The notes: generated by a model from the sequence alone, not told the origin. Positions 30,557 through 40,287 are shown, numbered from the stretch's first letter. The stretch is DNA of 64,000 nucleotides from Candidatus Eiseniibacteriota bacterium (GCA_963823555.1 CAWGMA010000004.1:160001-224000); one strand, 5' to 3'. Translations and numbers: made by a program.

Positions 30557-30877
30557 ATGGTCAACCTGACCGATTCTGCCGTCGCGAAGGTGATGGAGAT
30601 CATTGAGCAGGAGAAGCAGTCCGGCAAAGGCCTCCGCATCTACGTCGAGGGTGGCGGCTGCTCTGGTTTCCAGTACGGTTTCCAGTTCGACGATCCGCGC
30701 GATGGTGATGAGATCGTCGAGTTCTCTGCGTTCCGGCTACTCATCGATCCGTTCAGCCTGAATTACCTGCAGGACTCGCAGGTCGACTATGTCGACGGCC
30801 TGTATGGAGCCGGGTTCCGCATCTCGAACCCGAACGCTTCCGGGACCTGCGGCTGCGGTCACAGCTTCAGCGCCTGA
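30557..30877 (+). CDS. erpA: A-type Fe-S cluster carrier (ErpA/HesB)
   Basis: LRIYVEGGGCSGFQYGF, IDPFSLNYL..S.VDY and NPNASGTCGCGHSF. Confidence 0.9.
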   Translation: MVNLTDSAVAKVMEIIEQEKQSGKGLRIYVEGGGCSGFQYGFQFDDPRDGDEIVEFSAFRLLIDPFSLNYLQDSQVDYVDGLYGAGFRISNPNASGTCGCGHSFSA

Positions 30878-31044
30878 CACGACCAGCCCCGGAGTGGATC
30901 TGATGGCAGGGACAGGCCCGCGGCGGAACCGGCCGCGGGCCTCTGCATGACCTGAGCCCTGCCCCTCCCTCGGTCTCGGTCCCGCTTGCCAGCAGAGGGT
31001 TTCCGCGCCAGAATGACCCCCGGCGTGCCCCGCGTCCGACCTCG

Positions 31045-31962
31045 ATGCCCAGGATCTCGCGGATGACGCAAATCACGCTGGCGGAGAAGCTGCGCTACCT
31101 GAGGAAGTCCCGCCACATGTCGCAGGTCGAGCTGGCCCACCGGCTCGGTCTGACCAACAACGCCTTCATCTCCCATCTTGAACGCGGCACCAAGCGGCCA
31201 TCGGAGGCCATGCTGCGCAGGATCGCGGAGATATTCGCCTACGATGCCGACAGCCTGCGCGCCCTGGTATCGCCATCTGCCACCGATGCCCGGCAGGCTG
31301 AGCTCGAGCCGGCGCCCGGAGCCGATCTCCTGGCCCAGATCCGGCGTGAAGCCGGATTGTTCGGCGAACGTCTCAGCGAGCTCGTGGCCGAGACCCTGCC
31401 GTCGTTTCTGTGGAGCCGCGAGCAGCGCGCTGTTGTCGAGAGCACGAGTCAGGAGGTCTGGATCCTGACGCCCATCCTCGCTTACCACGGTGTGCAAGAG
31501 GATCTGGTCCGGGTGGCCGCTGCGAACCTGCAACGCGGGGTCCGCTATCGCTACCTGATCGCCGACGCCAAGGAATCGCGTATCGAGATGGGGCGCATGT
31601 TCACCCGGTACCAGGCCCCGGGCCAGGGAAAGTCGAAAGAGGGGCGTGCGAGAACGGAGCGGGAACAGCGGCTGGTCGCGCGGCACGAAGGGAGAGGTGG
31701 CAAGAGCAGGACCGTGCGGGCTGGTGCCGCGCCCGCTGCGACCGGGAACGACGACGAGAACATGCCGCTGATCGGACTGGTGCCACCGGCCAGCTTCCCC
31801 TTCATCTTCGAGGCAGCCATCTTCGATCCCGCCGACTCCGAACGGATCCGTGGGTCGGTCGTTTCGCCGGCCGCTCGCGGCGATTGGGAGATCGTCCTGA
31901 CTCGGGATCAGACCACGGCACTGGCCGGCCACTTCGCGCGCTGGTGGGAGCGGTTCGCTTGA
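31045..31962 (+). CDS. XRE-family HTH regulator with C-terminal putative sensory (PLD-like) domain
   Basis: LRYLRKSRHMSQVELAHRLG...ISHLERG.KRPS HTH; EVWIL...NLQRGVRYRYLI C-terminal domain. Confidence 0.8.
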   Translation: MPRISRMTQITLAEKLRYLRKSRHMSQVELAHRLGLTNNAFISHLERGTKRPSEAMLRRIAEIFAYDADSLRALVSPSATDARQAELEPAPGADLLAQIRREAGLFGERLSELVAETLPSFLWSREQRAVVESTSQEVWILTPILAYHGVQEDLVRVAAANLQRGVRYRYLIADAKESRIEMGRMFTRYQAPGQGKSKEGRARTEREQRLVARHEGRGGKSRTVRAGAAPAATGNDDENMPLIGLVPPASFPFIFEAAIFDPADSERIRGSVVSPAARGDWEIVLTRDQTTALAGHFARWWERFA

Positions 31963-32032
31963 TCGATCCGGGTCGCGACGCCCGTGGTTTGTTCTTGTGC
32001 CGCAACGTGATAACCGCCAGGAGGCCGCCGGC

Positions 32033-32061
32033 TTGACAGCGACCCGCTTGCCCGGTACCTT
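32033..32061 (+). promoter_or_regulatory. sigma70 promoter of the lipoprotein gene
   Basis: TTGACA-17 bp-TACCTT; AGGAG RBS downstream. Confidence 0.6.
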
Positions 32062-32113
32062 GTTCGGGCTTTCTCTCCCCGCCTAAACCAATACGGAGCT
32101 AGGAGTTCAATCG

Positions 32114-32761
32114 ATGATCGGCAAGATGCGCCAGCCACTGAAATGGCTCGGCCTCGCTGTCTTCTTCACGACCGTGGTCGCTTCTTGTGGCTCGACCAGC
32201 ATGAAGGCCACCTGGAAGGATGAGAATTACAACACTCGGCCGCAGAAGTTCTTCATTGTCGGGCTGGCGAAGAACGAGGGCGCGCGCCGCATGTACGAGA
32301 GCCAGTTCGTGACCCTGCTCAAGAGCAAGGGTGTTGACGCCTACGCGAGCTACACCTCCCTTCCCGAGGGCAAGGTCGATTCGGTGGCTGCCCACAGGGC
32401 GATCGCTGAACTCAACTGCGATGCCGTCCTCGTGACACGGGTTCTGGACAAGAAGACCGTCCAGAGCTACTACCCGCCGACGACCACCTACATGGGGCCT
32501 TCCTACTACCCGTCCTACTATTACGGGGGGTGGTACGGGTACTACGGATACGGCTACAACACCGTGACCACCCCTGGCTACACGACGACCGAGGACTACA
32601 TCAGTCTCGAGACCAACGTTTACGACGTGGTCGGGAGGCGGCTTGTCTTCAGCGGGTTGTCGGAGACCATCCTCTCGACGTCGGGGCCGAGCGAGGGCAA
32701 CATCGCGGAGCTGGCCCACGTCCTCGCGGATGCCATGGCCAAGAAGGGAATCATCCCCTAG
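32114..32761 (+). CDS. Lipoprotein, DUF4136-like, with Tyr/Gly-rich segment
   Basis: Lipobox VASC; RR..E..FV..L...GV; YYGGWYGYYGYGY; LETNVYD. Confidence 0.75.
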   Translation: MIGKMRQPLKWLGLAVFFTTVVASCGSTSMKATWKDENYNTRPQKFFIVGLAKNEGARRMYESQFVTLLKSKGVDAYASYTSLPEGKVDSVAAHRAIAELNCDAVLVTRVLDKKTVQSYYPPTTTYMGPSYYPSYYYGGWYGYYGYGYNTVTTPGYTTTEDYISLETNVYDVVGRRLVFSGLSETILSTSGPSEGNIAELAHVLADAMAKKGIIP

Positions 32762-32788
32762 CCGCCCATCCGACCAAGTCCCGCAATC

Positions 32789-32843
32789 GGCTGAAGGCCG
32801 GAAGGAGACGACGCAACCGTTTCCTCCCGGCCTTCAGCCTTTC
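32789..32843. terminator. Intrinsic terminator between convergent genes
   Basis: GGCTGAAGGCCGG...CCGGCCTTCAGCC (13-bp outer stem) followed by TTT. Confidence 0.7.
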
Positions 32844-32851
32844 CTGCGGGC

Positions 32852-33400
32852 CTAGGGTGGGGAGATGACGAACTCGGCGGGATCGTAGCCCTGTGCGCGG
32901 AGTGTGGAGTCGACGGCGGCGCTCTCTCGCGGAGTCATCTCGGGCTCCCGCGCCAGCACCCAGCCATAGTTGCGGCCGGGAGTGCCGACGACCGCGTATT
33001 CGTACTCGGATCCCAGCCCGATCACCCAGTAATCGCCCCAGAACAGCGGCAGGCCGAACGGGCGGAAGAAACTCACCTCGAGCCGCGCGTTGGTCTTGGC
33101 GTCAACGATCCGCGCGATGCCCCGCGCCACGTTCTCCGTGCCGTCCCGGCGACGGCAGCGGTTCAGGACCTCGATCCGGCCATCGGGACGGAGCGTGTAG
33201 GTCGCGGTCGTGCCGCCCGCACAACCGGCCTGGAACCAGTTCGGCAGACGTGAGATCTCGTACCAGGTTCCCAGGTAGCGTTCGATGTCGACCTGGTCGA
33301 CGGGCCGGGGTGGGGGCGCCGGCGGCGATTCTCCGGCACCGTTGCTCGCGCTCGCCGAGAACACCAGGCCCAGCGTAGCAAGGATCTGCGTGGCCTTCAT
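32852..33400 (-). CDS. blc: Bacterial lipocalin (Blc family)
   Basis: VDIERYLGTWYEISR.P.WFQ, TATY, V.NRC, GDYWVI, Y.YAVVG and WVLAR. Confidence 0.92.
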   Translation of the reverse strand: MKATQILATLGLVFSASASNGAGESPPAPPPRPVDQVDIERYLGTWYEISRLPNWFQAGCAGGTTATYTLRPDGRIEVLNRCRRRDGTENVARGIARIVDAKTNARLEVSFFRPFGLPLFWGDYWVIGLGSEYEYAVVGTPGRNYGWVLAREPEMTPRESAAVDSTLRAQGYDPAEFVISPP

Positions 33401-33756
33401 GCTCGATGACATGGTCTCAGCATAGGTCAGATCCGGGAAGCCGACAAGCTCCGGTCGGTACCGATCCCCTCCTCGTCCGGGGAACGAGTTCTCTTCCGCC
33501 GCGTTGCTCTCGAGATCGCCGCATACCCACCGAAACTCATCTTGCGATGCGTGCACTTGCAAACTGGAAGACAGGATCGAATTCACGCCGATGGGTCTGT
33601 TGGCCCATGACTAGCGCCTTTTGACACAAGCGATTGTAGCCTCGCCCGCGGGTGCAACTGGTATCAAAACTGCTTCCTACGGCTCTCGCTCCATCTCCGT
33701 CCACGCTCACAGTGTGGGCATGCGCTTCATGGACCCTGACAACAGAAAAGTGACGC

Positions 33757-34698
33757 ATGAAACTCGAAATGCGCCTCATGGTTGTTCTGGCTTCGATCTT
33801 CATGTTGACGACCAGCACCGGTTGCCTGGACACGCTCAATCCGAGCGCGGAGACCCCTCCTCCCGTCGATACCGGCAACCCTCCACCTGACAGCGATCCC
33901 GGGCCGGATCCCGAGCCGGACCCCGAGCCGGACCCCGAGCCGGACCCCGAGCCGGATCCCGAGCCGGACCCCGAACCGGATCTGCCGCCGCCACCGCCGC
34001 CGCCGCCGGCGGGGACCGTGCTCTACGAGCAGGATTTCGAAGGTAGCGATCCTTTCCGCGGCTGGGTGGGACGCAACACGAGCAGCAATCTCCGGGTCGT
34101 CGACCAGGGTGACAACAAGATCGGAAGACTCATCTACGAACCGCACTCCGACTGGCTGGTCTCGTTCCTGCCACGCCGCCAGGGCGTGATGGACCTCGAG
34201 GCCGAGTACTCGGTCCGGCTCCCGCGGGACTTCCGCTACAGACGGGACGAGAACGGTCAGATCATCGGGGGCGGCAAGCACTTCTGGCAGCTGACATCCC
34301 TCAACCGCTACGCCGGCGAGACGATGGAGGCCGACGGCCGGACGCGCCTCGACTTCGGGGCGGCGAGCGACTTCGGCGACTGGAACATCACGGCCTACCG
34401 CAACACCGTCGGTGGCGGGCGACCGGGCGAGTTCGCCATGTGGTTCGACCGTGGGGACTACTTCACGCCGGGCCGCTGGCACCGGGTTCGCTGCCGCGTG
34501 CACATCAACCCGGGTCCCGGGGACGGTTCGGGTCGCCTCGAGCTATGGATCGACGACCGGCACCTGGGGACCTTCGACGGCGAGTTCAACGTCGTGGGCC
34601 CGACCGGTGGGATCCGTGTCCTCGGGTTCGGCAATCTCGACAACGTCGAGGGTGCCCCCTGGGTCGAGGTGGATGACATCCGTGTCGTCGCCCGCTGA
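33757..34698 (+). CDS. Lipoprotein with (DPEP)n/poly-Pro linker and beta-jelly-roll (polysaccharide-lyase/ConA-like) domain
   Basis: Lipobox-like STGC; Pro-rich linker; YEQDFE, GGGKH, GRWHRV, GRLELWID and VDDI patterns. Confidence 0.7.
   Translation: MKLEMRLMVVLASIFMLTTSTGCLDTLNPSAETPPPVDTGNPPPDSDPGPDPEPDPEPDPEPDPEPDPEPDPEPDLPPPPPPPPAGTVLYEQDFEGSDPFRGWVGRNTSSNLRVVDQGDNKIGRLIYEPHSDWLVSFLPRRQGVMDLEAEYSVRLPRDFRYRRDENGQIIGGGKHFWQLTSLNRYAGETMEADGRTRLDFGAASDFGDWNITAYRNTVGGGRPGEFAMWFDRGDYFTPGRWHRVRCRVHINPGPGDGSGRLELWIDDRHLGTFDGEFNVVGPTGGIRVLGFGNLDNVEGAPWVEVDDIRVVAR
33895..33978 (+). repeat. 12-bp coding tandem repeat GAYCCCGARCCG, about 7 copies
   Basis: Encodes DPGP-(DPEP)6. Confidence 0.9.
33982..34698 (+). 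repeat. 717-bp direct repeat, copy 1
   Basis: Gap-free match to 36013-36729; I count 18 amino-acid differences over 238 codons. Confidence 0.95.
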
Positions 34699-34750
34699 GC
34701 GGAACACGCTCGATCGAGAGTGACGGCCCCAGGGTCGTCTTGAGAGAGAT

Positions 34751-34778
34751 GGGCTCCGCGGCGAAAGCCGCGGAGCCC
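34751..34778 (+). terminator. Perfect 12-bp GNRA hairpin downstream of lipoprotein 1
   Basis: GGGCTCCGCGGC-GAAA-GCCGCGGAGCCC; no U-tract. Confidence 0.55.
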
Positions 34779-35145
34779 TCGCATGTAAGGTGGATCGGTG
34801 CTTCCCTGCCTGAGCCGGCGCCCTTCTTCTCTTGACGGGCGATTGGCCCAGCTGGTAACCTCCTCCGGCTGTCCAGCCCACCACGCGGCAGCGTGAGCGA
34901 GCTGTCCCCGGAACCTGCCCTGCCCCTCCCAATCCCTCGCAGCGGCTCAGGAACCCATAGGGCGCTCTACACCTCAGTCAACCCGGATGAAGCGTCTCGT
35001 CCTGGATTCGGTCCAGGCCGAGCCAGTCGCCCAGTGACCGATGCGGACGGCCCCGCGCTCCTGGCCCGCCCGACCCCCGGATGCCGCTCCTGATGGGCAT
35101 CGGAAGCAGGTCCAAGAGCCCGTCCGTGCCAGGGAGGGACAGAGG

Positions 35146-36729
35146 ATGTCCTGTTTTCGTCGTGGTCTCCCGCTTTTCCTGATCCTGCTGCTCTTTGCCT
35201 GCACCACCAAGAGCACGACCCCCGAGATCGATCCGGTCTCGGGGAGCAAGGGTGAAGACGGCATCCGTTTCGATCTCGGTACCCCACCGGAAGTGGTCGA
35301 GCAGGCTGCCATGTCAGGTGTTGAGTCCAAGGAGTCGGAAGCGCTGATCGTTGATCCCCGCCCCGGCGAACTCATCCTCGTGGATCGCGGTGACTGGCAG
35401 GACTGGCGCCTGAAGCGCCCGCAGCAGGCTGGTACCGACAACTACGGCAAGTGGCTCGACTTCGAGCCCCTGGACAACGAGGCGCGATCCCCGGAGTTTC
35501 GCGGCACCCATATGATTCGCGCGCGATTCCAGATCTACTTCCCGCCGCGGTTCCCGTTCTACACCCAGCTCGAGGAGGAGGATCGCGCGACGAACCTCTT
35601 TGCCTTGACCTCGACCGATGACGAGTCCGAGGGCCCCTTCGTCAGCCTCGGCGTCAACCTGAGCGCGGACTCCATGTGGCGGGTCCACGCCAGGTATCGC
35701 GATGCCCTTGGCGAAGAGCATGACTCGGGCGATGAGTTCATGATCCCGTGGGCGTTCGAACATGGCTGGAATCAAGTGATCTGGGTTGTCGTCCTGCGCG
35801 AGCCCGGTGCACACGATGATGCGCTACGCATCCAGATTGGCAGCAAGACCTTCGCCTGGACCGGGCTCGATCTGAGCGGCGCCGGAGATCCGCTCCGGTT
35901 CTTCAAGCTGGGTAGCTGGGACGTGCCGCGCGGCGATCGGCACGTCTACCTGCGGCTGCTTCGCGTCGAGGATCTGGCGCCGCGGAACGACCCCGACCCG
36001 CTGCCCGATCCGCTGCCGCCGCCACCGCCGCCGCCGCCGGCGGGGACCGTGCTCTACGAGCAGGATTTCGAAGGTAGCGATCCCTTCCGCGGCTGGTTGG
36101 GGCGTAACGCAAGCAGCAACCTCCAGGTCATCGATCAGGGCGAGAACAGGATCGGAAGGCTGGTCTACGAACCGCACTCGGACTGGCTGGTCTCGTTCCT
36201 GCCGCGCCGCCAGGGTGTGATGGACCTCGAGGCCGAGTACTCGGTCCGGCTCCCGGTCGGCTTCCGCTACAAGCGGGACGAGAACGGTCAGATCATCGGC
36301 GGCGGCAAGCACTTCTGGCAGCTGACGTCCATCAATCGCTATCTCGGCGAGACGATGGATGCCGACGGCCGGACGCGCCTCGACTTCGGGGCGGCGAGCG
36401 ACTTCGGCGACTGGAACATCACGGCCTACCGCAACACCGTGGGTGGAGGGCGACCGGGCGAGTTCGCCATGTGGTTCGCGCGCGGGGACTACTTCACGCC
36501 AGGCCGCTGGCACCGGGTTCGCTGCCGCGTGCACATCAACCCGGGTCCCGGGGACAACTCGGGTCGCCTCGAGCTGTGGATCGACGACCGGCATCTGGGG
36601 ACCTTCGGCGGCGAGTTCAACGTCGTGGGCCCGACCGGCGGGATCCGCGTCCTCGGGTTCGGCAATCTCGACAACATCGAGGGTGCCCCCTGGGTCGAGG
36701 TGGATGACATTCGTATCGTGGCTCGTTGA
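35146..36729 (+). CDS. Lipoprotein with two jelly-roll-like domains; the C-terminal one is nearly identical to that of 33757-34698
   Basis: Lipobox LFAC; GGAGG RBS; poly-Pro linker; duplicated module. Confidence 0.72.
   Translation: MSCFRRGLPLFLILLLFACTTKSTTPEIDPVSGSKGEDGIRFDLGTPPEVVEQAAMSGVESKESEALIVDPRPGELILVDRGDWQDWRLKRPQQAGTDNYGKWLDFEPLDNEARSPEFRGTHMIRARFQIYFPPRFPFYTQLEEEDRATNLFALTSTDDESEGPFVSLGVNLSADSMWRVHARYRDALGEEHDSGDEFMIPWAFEHGWNQVIWVVVLREPGAHDDALRIQIGSKTFAWTGLDLSGAGDPLRFFKLGSWDVPRGDRHVYLRLLRVEDLAPRNDPDPLPDPLPPPPPPPPAGTVLYEQDFEGSDPFRGWLGRNASSNLQVIDQGENRIGRLVYEPHSDWLVSFLPRRQGVMDLEAEYSVRLPVGFRYKRDENGQIIGGGKHFWQLTSINRYLGETMDADGRTRLDFGAASDFGDWNITAYRNTVGGGRPGEFAMWFARGDYFTPGRWHRVRCRVHINPGPGDNSGRLELWIDDRHLGTFGGEFNVVGPTGGIRVLGFGNLDNIEGAPWVEVDDIRIVAR
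36013..36729 (+). repeat. 717-bp direct repeat, copy 2
   Basis: Matches 33982-34698. Confidence 0.95.
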
Positions 36730-36784
36730 TAGGAGCCCGGATCGGAGGGCGTGAGCGAGCTGATCCGACCGCTTGGAATGATGA

Positions 36785-36820
36785 GGGGGGGGTGGCCTGG
36801 GCCACCCCCTCCTTTTTTTT
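36785..36820 (+). terminator. Rho-independent terminator
   Basis: GGGGGTGGC-CTGG-GCCACCCCC stem followed by a T8 tract. Confidence 0.85.
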
Positions 36821-36964
36821 CTTGCCGCGAGCCCCCATTCCGGGGCGACTGGTGGACTGCGGCTGCCGGCAGCCGCCATCAACCGCCTTGCCAGCTACCT
36901 ATCTTTTGATATTACAATTGTTTAGGAGATCGTCGCGGGACCGGCCTCGCAAAAAACTCTACCT

Positions 36965-36990
36965 GAACCCTTACGTATGCGTTATGGTTC
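36965..36990 (+). promoter_or_regulatory. MerR-type operator dyad upstream of merR-isc
   Basis: GAACCcTtACGtATgCGTtAtGGTTC has 10 of 13 positions palindromic, followed by -10-like TAAAGG and the merR RBS. Confidence 0.7.
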
Positions 36991-37036
36991 TAAAGGACGA
37001 GATAGGGACCGGGGCCGTCAGGCAGGAGTTGAAACC

Positions 37037-37516
37037 ATGGGTGAGGCTTCCAGGCTGCTTCAGGTCGGCGAGCTCGCCGAGCTCAGCGGGAAGACGGTGC
37101 GTGCCGTTCATCACTACGAGGACATCGGACTGATCAAGCCCGTCGGGCGCTCGGCTGGCGGATACCGCATGTTCAGCACGGAGACCCTCACCCGGATTCG
37201 CTGGGTGGGAATGTTGCAGGATCTGGGGCTCTCTCTTTCCGAGATCCGCAACTGGTTGCGCGATCTGGAAGACAAGCAAACCGCCCCCGGGGCCATGAAG
37301 GAAGTGAGGGCCCTGTTCGAGCGCAAGCTCGCAGAGACCCGAAGCTCCGTCGATCGCCTGCACTCACTCGAGCGGGAGCTCATATCGAGCCTCGAGTATC
37401 TCTCGGCCTGCTCAACATGCCGCCACGAGGAATCGATCGCTGTTTGTGGGGACTGCGACCAGCAGCACACGGAGGTCCGCCCGCCGCAGCTCATCGCCGG
37501 CATCCACGGCGGATAG
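37037..37516 (+). CDS. MerR-family transcriptional regulator with C-terminal CX2CX8CX2CX3H
   Basis: [24 protein letters not shown]...GGYRMF HTH, coiled coil and CSTC...CGDC...H; AGGAG RBS. Confidence 0.92.
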   Translation: MGEASRLLQVGELAELSGKTVRAVHHYEDIGLIKPVGRSAGGYRMFSTETLTRIRWVGMLQDLGLSLSEIRNWLRDLEDKQTAPGAMKEVRALFERKLAETRSSVDRLHSLERELISSLEYLSACSTCRHEESIAVCGDCDQQHTEVRPPQLIAGIHGG

Positions 37517-37535
37517 GGGAAGGAAAGGACGATCA

Positions 37536-38756
37536 ATGGTCAAGCTGCCGATCTACATGGACAACCAGGCGACGACACCCGTCGATCCGCGGGTCCTCGA
37601 GGCCATGCTTCCTTACTTCCAGGAGCGTTTCGGCAACGCTGCCAGCCGTAACCATGTCTTCGGCTGGACGGCGGAAGAGGGCGTTGAGGTGGCCCGCGAG
37701 CAGATCGCGCGTATCATCGGCGCCTCCGCCAAGGAAATGGTCATCACCAGCGGGGCGACCGAGAGCAACAACCTCGCCATCAAGGGCGTAGCCGATTTCT
37801 ATCAGTCGAAGGGCGATCACATCATCACGGCGGTCACCGAACACAAGGCGGTGCTCGATACCTGCAAGGCTCTCGAGCGTCGGGGCGTTCGAGTCACCTA
37901 CTTGCCCGTGAGCAAGGACGGCCTGGTCGACCCGGATGATGTCCGGAAGGCGATCACGGACCGCACCGTGTTGGTCACGATCATGATCGCGAACAACGAG
38001 ATCGGCACCATCAATCCAGTGGCGGAGATCGGCAAGATCGCGCGGGAACGCGGGGTGCTGTTTCATTGCGACGCCGTCCAGGCGGTGGCCAAGATCCCGG
38101 TCGACGTGGAGGCGATGAGCATCGATCTGCTCTCGCTGTCCGCCCACAAGATCTACGGACCGAAGGGGGTGGGGGCGCTCTATGTGCGGCGCAAGAACCC
38201 GCGTGTGCGCCTGACCCCGATCGTCGATGGCGGTGGCCATGAGCGCGGTATGCGCTCGGGTACCCTCAATGTGCCGGGGATCGTCGGCATGGGCAAGGCC
38301 TGCGCGATCGGCCTGGAGGAGATGGGGAGCGAGTCCAGGCGCGTCTTTGCGCTACGCGAGAAACTGCGGAACCGCCTCTGCGGGGAGCTGGATGCCGTCT
38401 ATGTCAACGGTAGCCTTGAGCATCGACTGCCCGGGAGTCTGAATGTCAGCTTCGCCTATGTCGAGGGCGAGTCGATGCTCATGGGTCTCAAGGACGTGGC
38501 TGTTTCGTCGGGCTCGGCCTGCACTTCGGCGAGCCTGGAGCCATCGTATGTGTTGCGCGCGCTGGGGGTGGGAGAGGATCTGGCCCACACCTCGATTCGT
38601 TTCGGCATCGGTCGCTTCAATACCGAGGAGGAAGTCGACTTCGTGGCCGATCACGTTATCGACAATGTGAAGCGGTTGCGAGCGATGTCCCCTCTGTACG
38701 AGATGGTCCAGGAAGGGATCGATCTCAACTCGGTGTCCTGGGTCTCTGGTGAATAA
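37536..38756 (+). CDS. iscS: Cysteine desulfurase
   Basis: [62 protein letters not shown] and SPLYEM. Confidence 0.97.
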   Translation: MVKLPIYMDNQATTPVDPRVLEAMLPYFQERFGNAASRNHVFGWTAEEGVEVAREQIARIIGASAKEMVITSGATESNNLAIKGVADFYQSKGDHIITAVTEHKAVLDTCKALERRGVRVTYLPVSKDGLVDPDDVRKAITDRTVLVTIMIANNEIGTINPVAEIGKIARERGVLFHCDAVQAVAKIPVDVEAMSIDLLSLSAHKIYGPKGVGALYVRRKNPRVRLTPIVDGGGHERGMRSGTLNVPGIVGMGKACAIGLEEMGSESRRVFALREKLRNRLCGELDAVYVNGSLEHRLPGSLNVSFAYVEGESMLMGLKDVAVSSGSACTSASLEPSYVLRALGVGEDLAHTSIRFGIGRFNTEEEVDFVADHVIDNVKRLRAMSPLYEMVQEGIDLNSVSWVSGE

Positions 38757-38804
38757 GGTCCCGGGGGTTCTTGCCCCCTGGTCCCGGAAAGACGAGGTCG
38801 GAAA

Positions 38805-39221
38805 ATGGCGTACTCGAACAAGGTAGTCGACCACTACGAAAATCCTCGGAACGTGGGCAGCCTGGATAAGAATGATCCGCGGGTTGGGACCGGGCTGGTT
38901 GGCGCCCCCGCCTGCGGTGACGTCATGAAGCTGCAGGTCCTGGTCAATGACGCTGGCGTCATCGAGGATGCCAAGTTCAAGACCTTCGGTTGCGGCAGCG
39001 CCATCGCCAGCTCGAGCCTGGTGACCGAGTGGGTCAAGGGCCGGACGGTGCAGGAGGCGCTCGAGATCAAGAACAACGAGATCGCCGAGGAGCTGAGCTT
39101 ACCGCCCGTCAAGATCCACTGCTCGGTTCTGGCCGAGGACGCCATCAAAGCGGCGCTTCGCGATTATATGACCAAGCGCGGCGAGAATGGTGGCAACGGC
39201 AACGACGATGCTTCGGCCTAG
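38805..39221 (+). CDS. iscU: Fe-S scaffold protein
   Basis: YSNKVVDHYENPRNVG, GAPACGDVM, FKTFGCGSAIAS and LPPVKIHC. Confidence 0.98.
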   Translation: MAYSNKVVDHYENPRNVGSLDKNDPRVGTGLVGAPACGDVMKLQVLVNDAGVIEDAKFKTFGCGSAIASSSLVTEWVKGRTVQEALEIKNNEIAEELSLPPVKIHCSVLAEDAIKAALRDYMTKRGENGGNGNDDASA

Positions 39222-39269
39222 TGTGGCCGGATCGACCGCGGCCCGCTTACGGAGCATGAGAGGCGAACG

Positions 39270-39593
39270 ATGATCACGGTGACGGCACATGCGGCGAACC
39301 GCGTGAAGAAGATACTGGCCGAGCGTGGAACCCCGGGTATGGGGCTCCGCATCGGTATTCGTGGTGGTGGTTGCTCGGGACTGTCCTATTTCATGGATTT
39401 CACACAGGAGCCGGAAAAGACGGACAAGATCCTGGAGTTCGATGGGCTGAAGGTCTATGTGGATCCTAAGAGCTTCCTCTTCTTGAACGGCGTCGAACTC
39501 GACTATAACGAGGGCATCACCCATCATGGGTTTCAGTTCCGCAATCCTAACGCCAAGTCGAGCTGTGGATGCGGAGAGAGCTTCACAACCTAG
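39270..39593 (+). CDS. iscA: A-type Fe-S carrier
   Basis: GGGCSGLSY, VDPKS and NPNAKSSCGCGESF, inside the isc operon. Confidence 0.93.
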   Translation: MITVTAHAANRVKKILAERGTPGMGLRIGIRGGGCSGLSYFMDFTQEPEKTDKILEFDGLKVYVDPKSFLFLNGVELDYNEGITHHGFQFRNPNAKSSCGCGESFTT

Positions 39594-39630
39594 GATCAGT
39601 CGGGAGCTGATCCAGTCGGTGGCGGGGGGG

Positions 39631-40287
39631 ATGGTCGAGATCCAGAAGGGTGACGAGACGACGGGGGCAGCCGCTTCCCGTTCGGGGTCTGGGCGGGCTC
39701 GGGCCGATCACTTTGCCGTGCTCGGCGTACCGCGCCGCTGGCACCTCGATGCGGCCCTGCTCGCCGAACGCCACCTGGCCCTGACACGTGAACTGCATCC
39801 CGACCGCTTTGCCCAGGCTTCACCACGGGAACGGCTGATGAGCCTGGAGCGCACGACTGCCATCAACGACGCCTATCGCACGCTCCGCGACCCGATCCGT
39901 CGCGCGGAGTACATCCTCAGTCTGGCCGGGATCGGCCATGGCGACCATAGTCTGGCTCAAGGCCATGAGTCCGCTCCCACCGATCCCGAGTTCCTCGAGG
40001 AGATCATGCATGTCCGGGAGCGCATGATGGAGCTCGACCTGGGCGGTGGACACGGTCGTGAATCACCGGAGGCGGTTGCGATTCGTGCCGGTGCCGAGGC
40101 CAAGATCGCCGCGATCGACCAGCGGATCGCCGACCAGTTCGCCGTCTGGGAACAGGATCCCGGCGCGGCGGGGAGCCAGGCGATCCTCCTCGATATCGAT
40201 CGCTGCCTGGCGCAGCGACGGTATTACATCAACATCGTGCGCGAGATCGAGGGCGAAGAGATCCCGGCAGGTCACGGCACGCTCTAA
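39631..40287 (+). CDS. hscB: Fe-S co-chaperone (J-protein)
   Basis: DHFAVLG, HPD motif (LHPDRF), INDAYRTLRDP..RAEY and DPEFL.EIM. Confidence 0.92.
   Translation: MVEIQKGDETTGAAASRSGSGRARADHFAVLGVPRRWHLDAALLAERHLALTRELHPDRFAQASPRERLMSLERTTAINDAYRTLRDPIRRAEYILSLAGIGHGDHSLAQGHESAPTDPEFLEEIMHVRERMMELDLGGGHGRESPEAVAIRAGAEAKIAAIDQRIADQFAVWEQDPGAAGSQAILLDIDRCLAQRRYYINIVREIEGEEIPAGHGTL

Noticed and set aside
33895..33978. Short tandem repeats as a CRISPR array
   Set aside because: Contiguous 12-bp units without spacers, in frame within a CDS, and no cas genes.
33982..36729. 717-bp repeat pair as a diversity-generating retroelement TR/VR
   Set aside because: Differences are mostly synonymous or conservative and not adenine-specific, both copies are coding, and no reverse transcriptase is present in the window.
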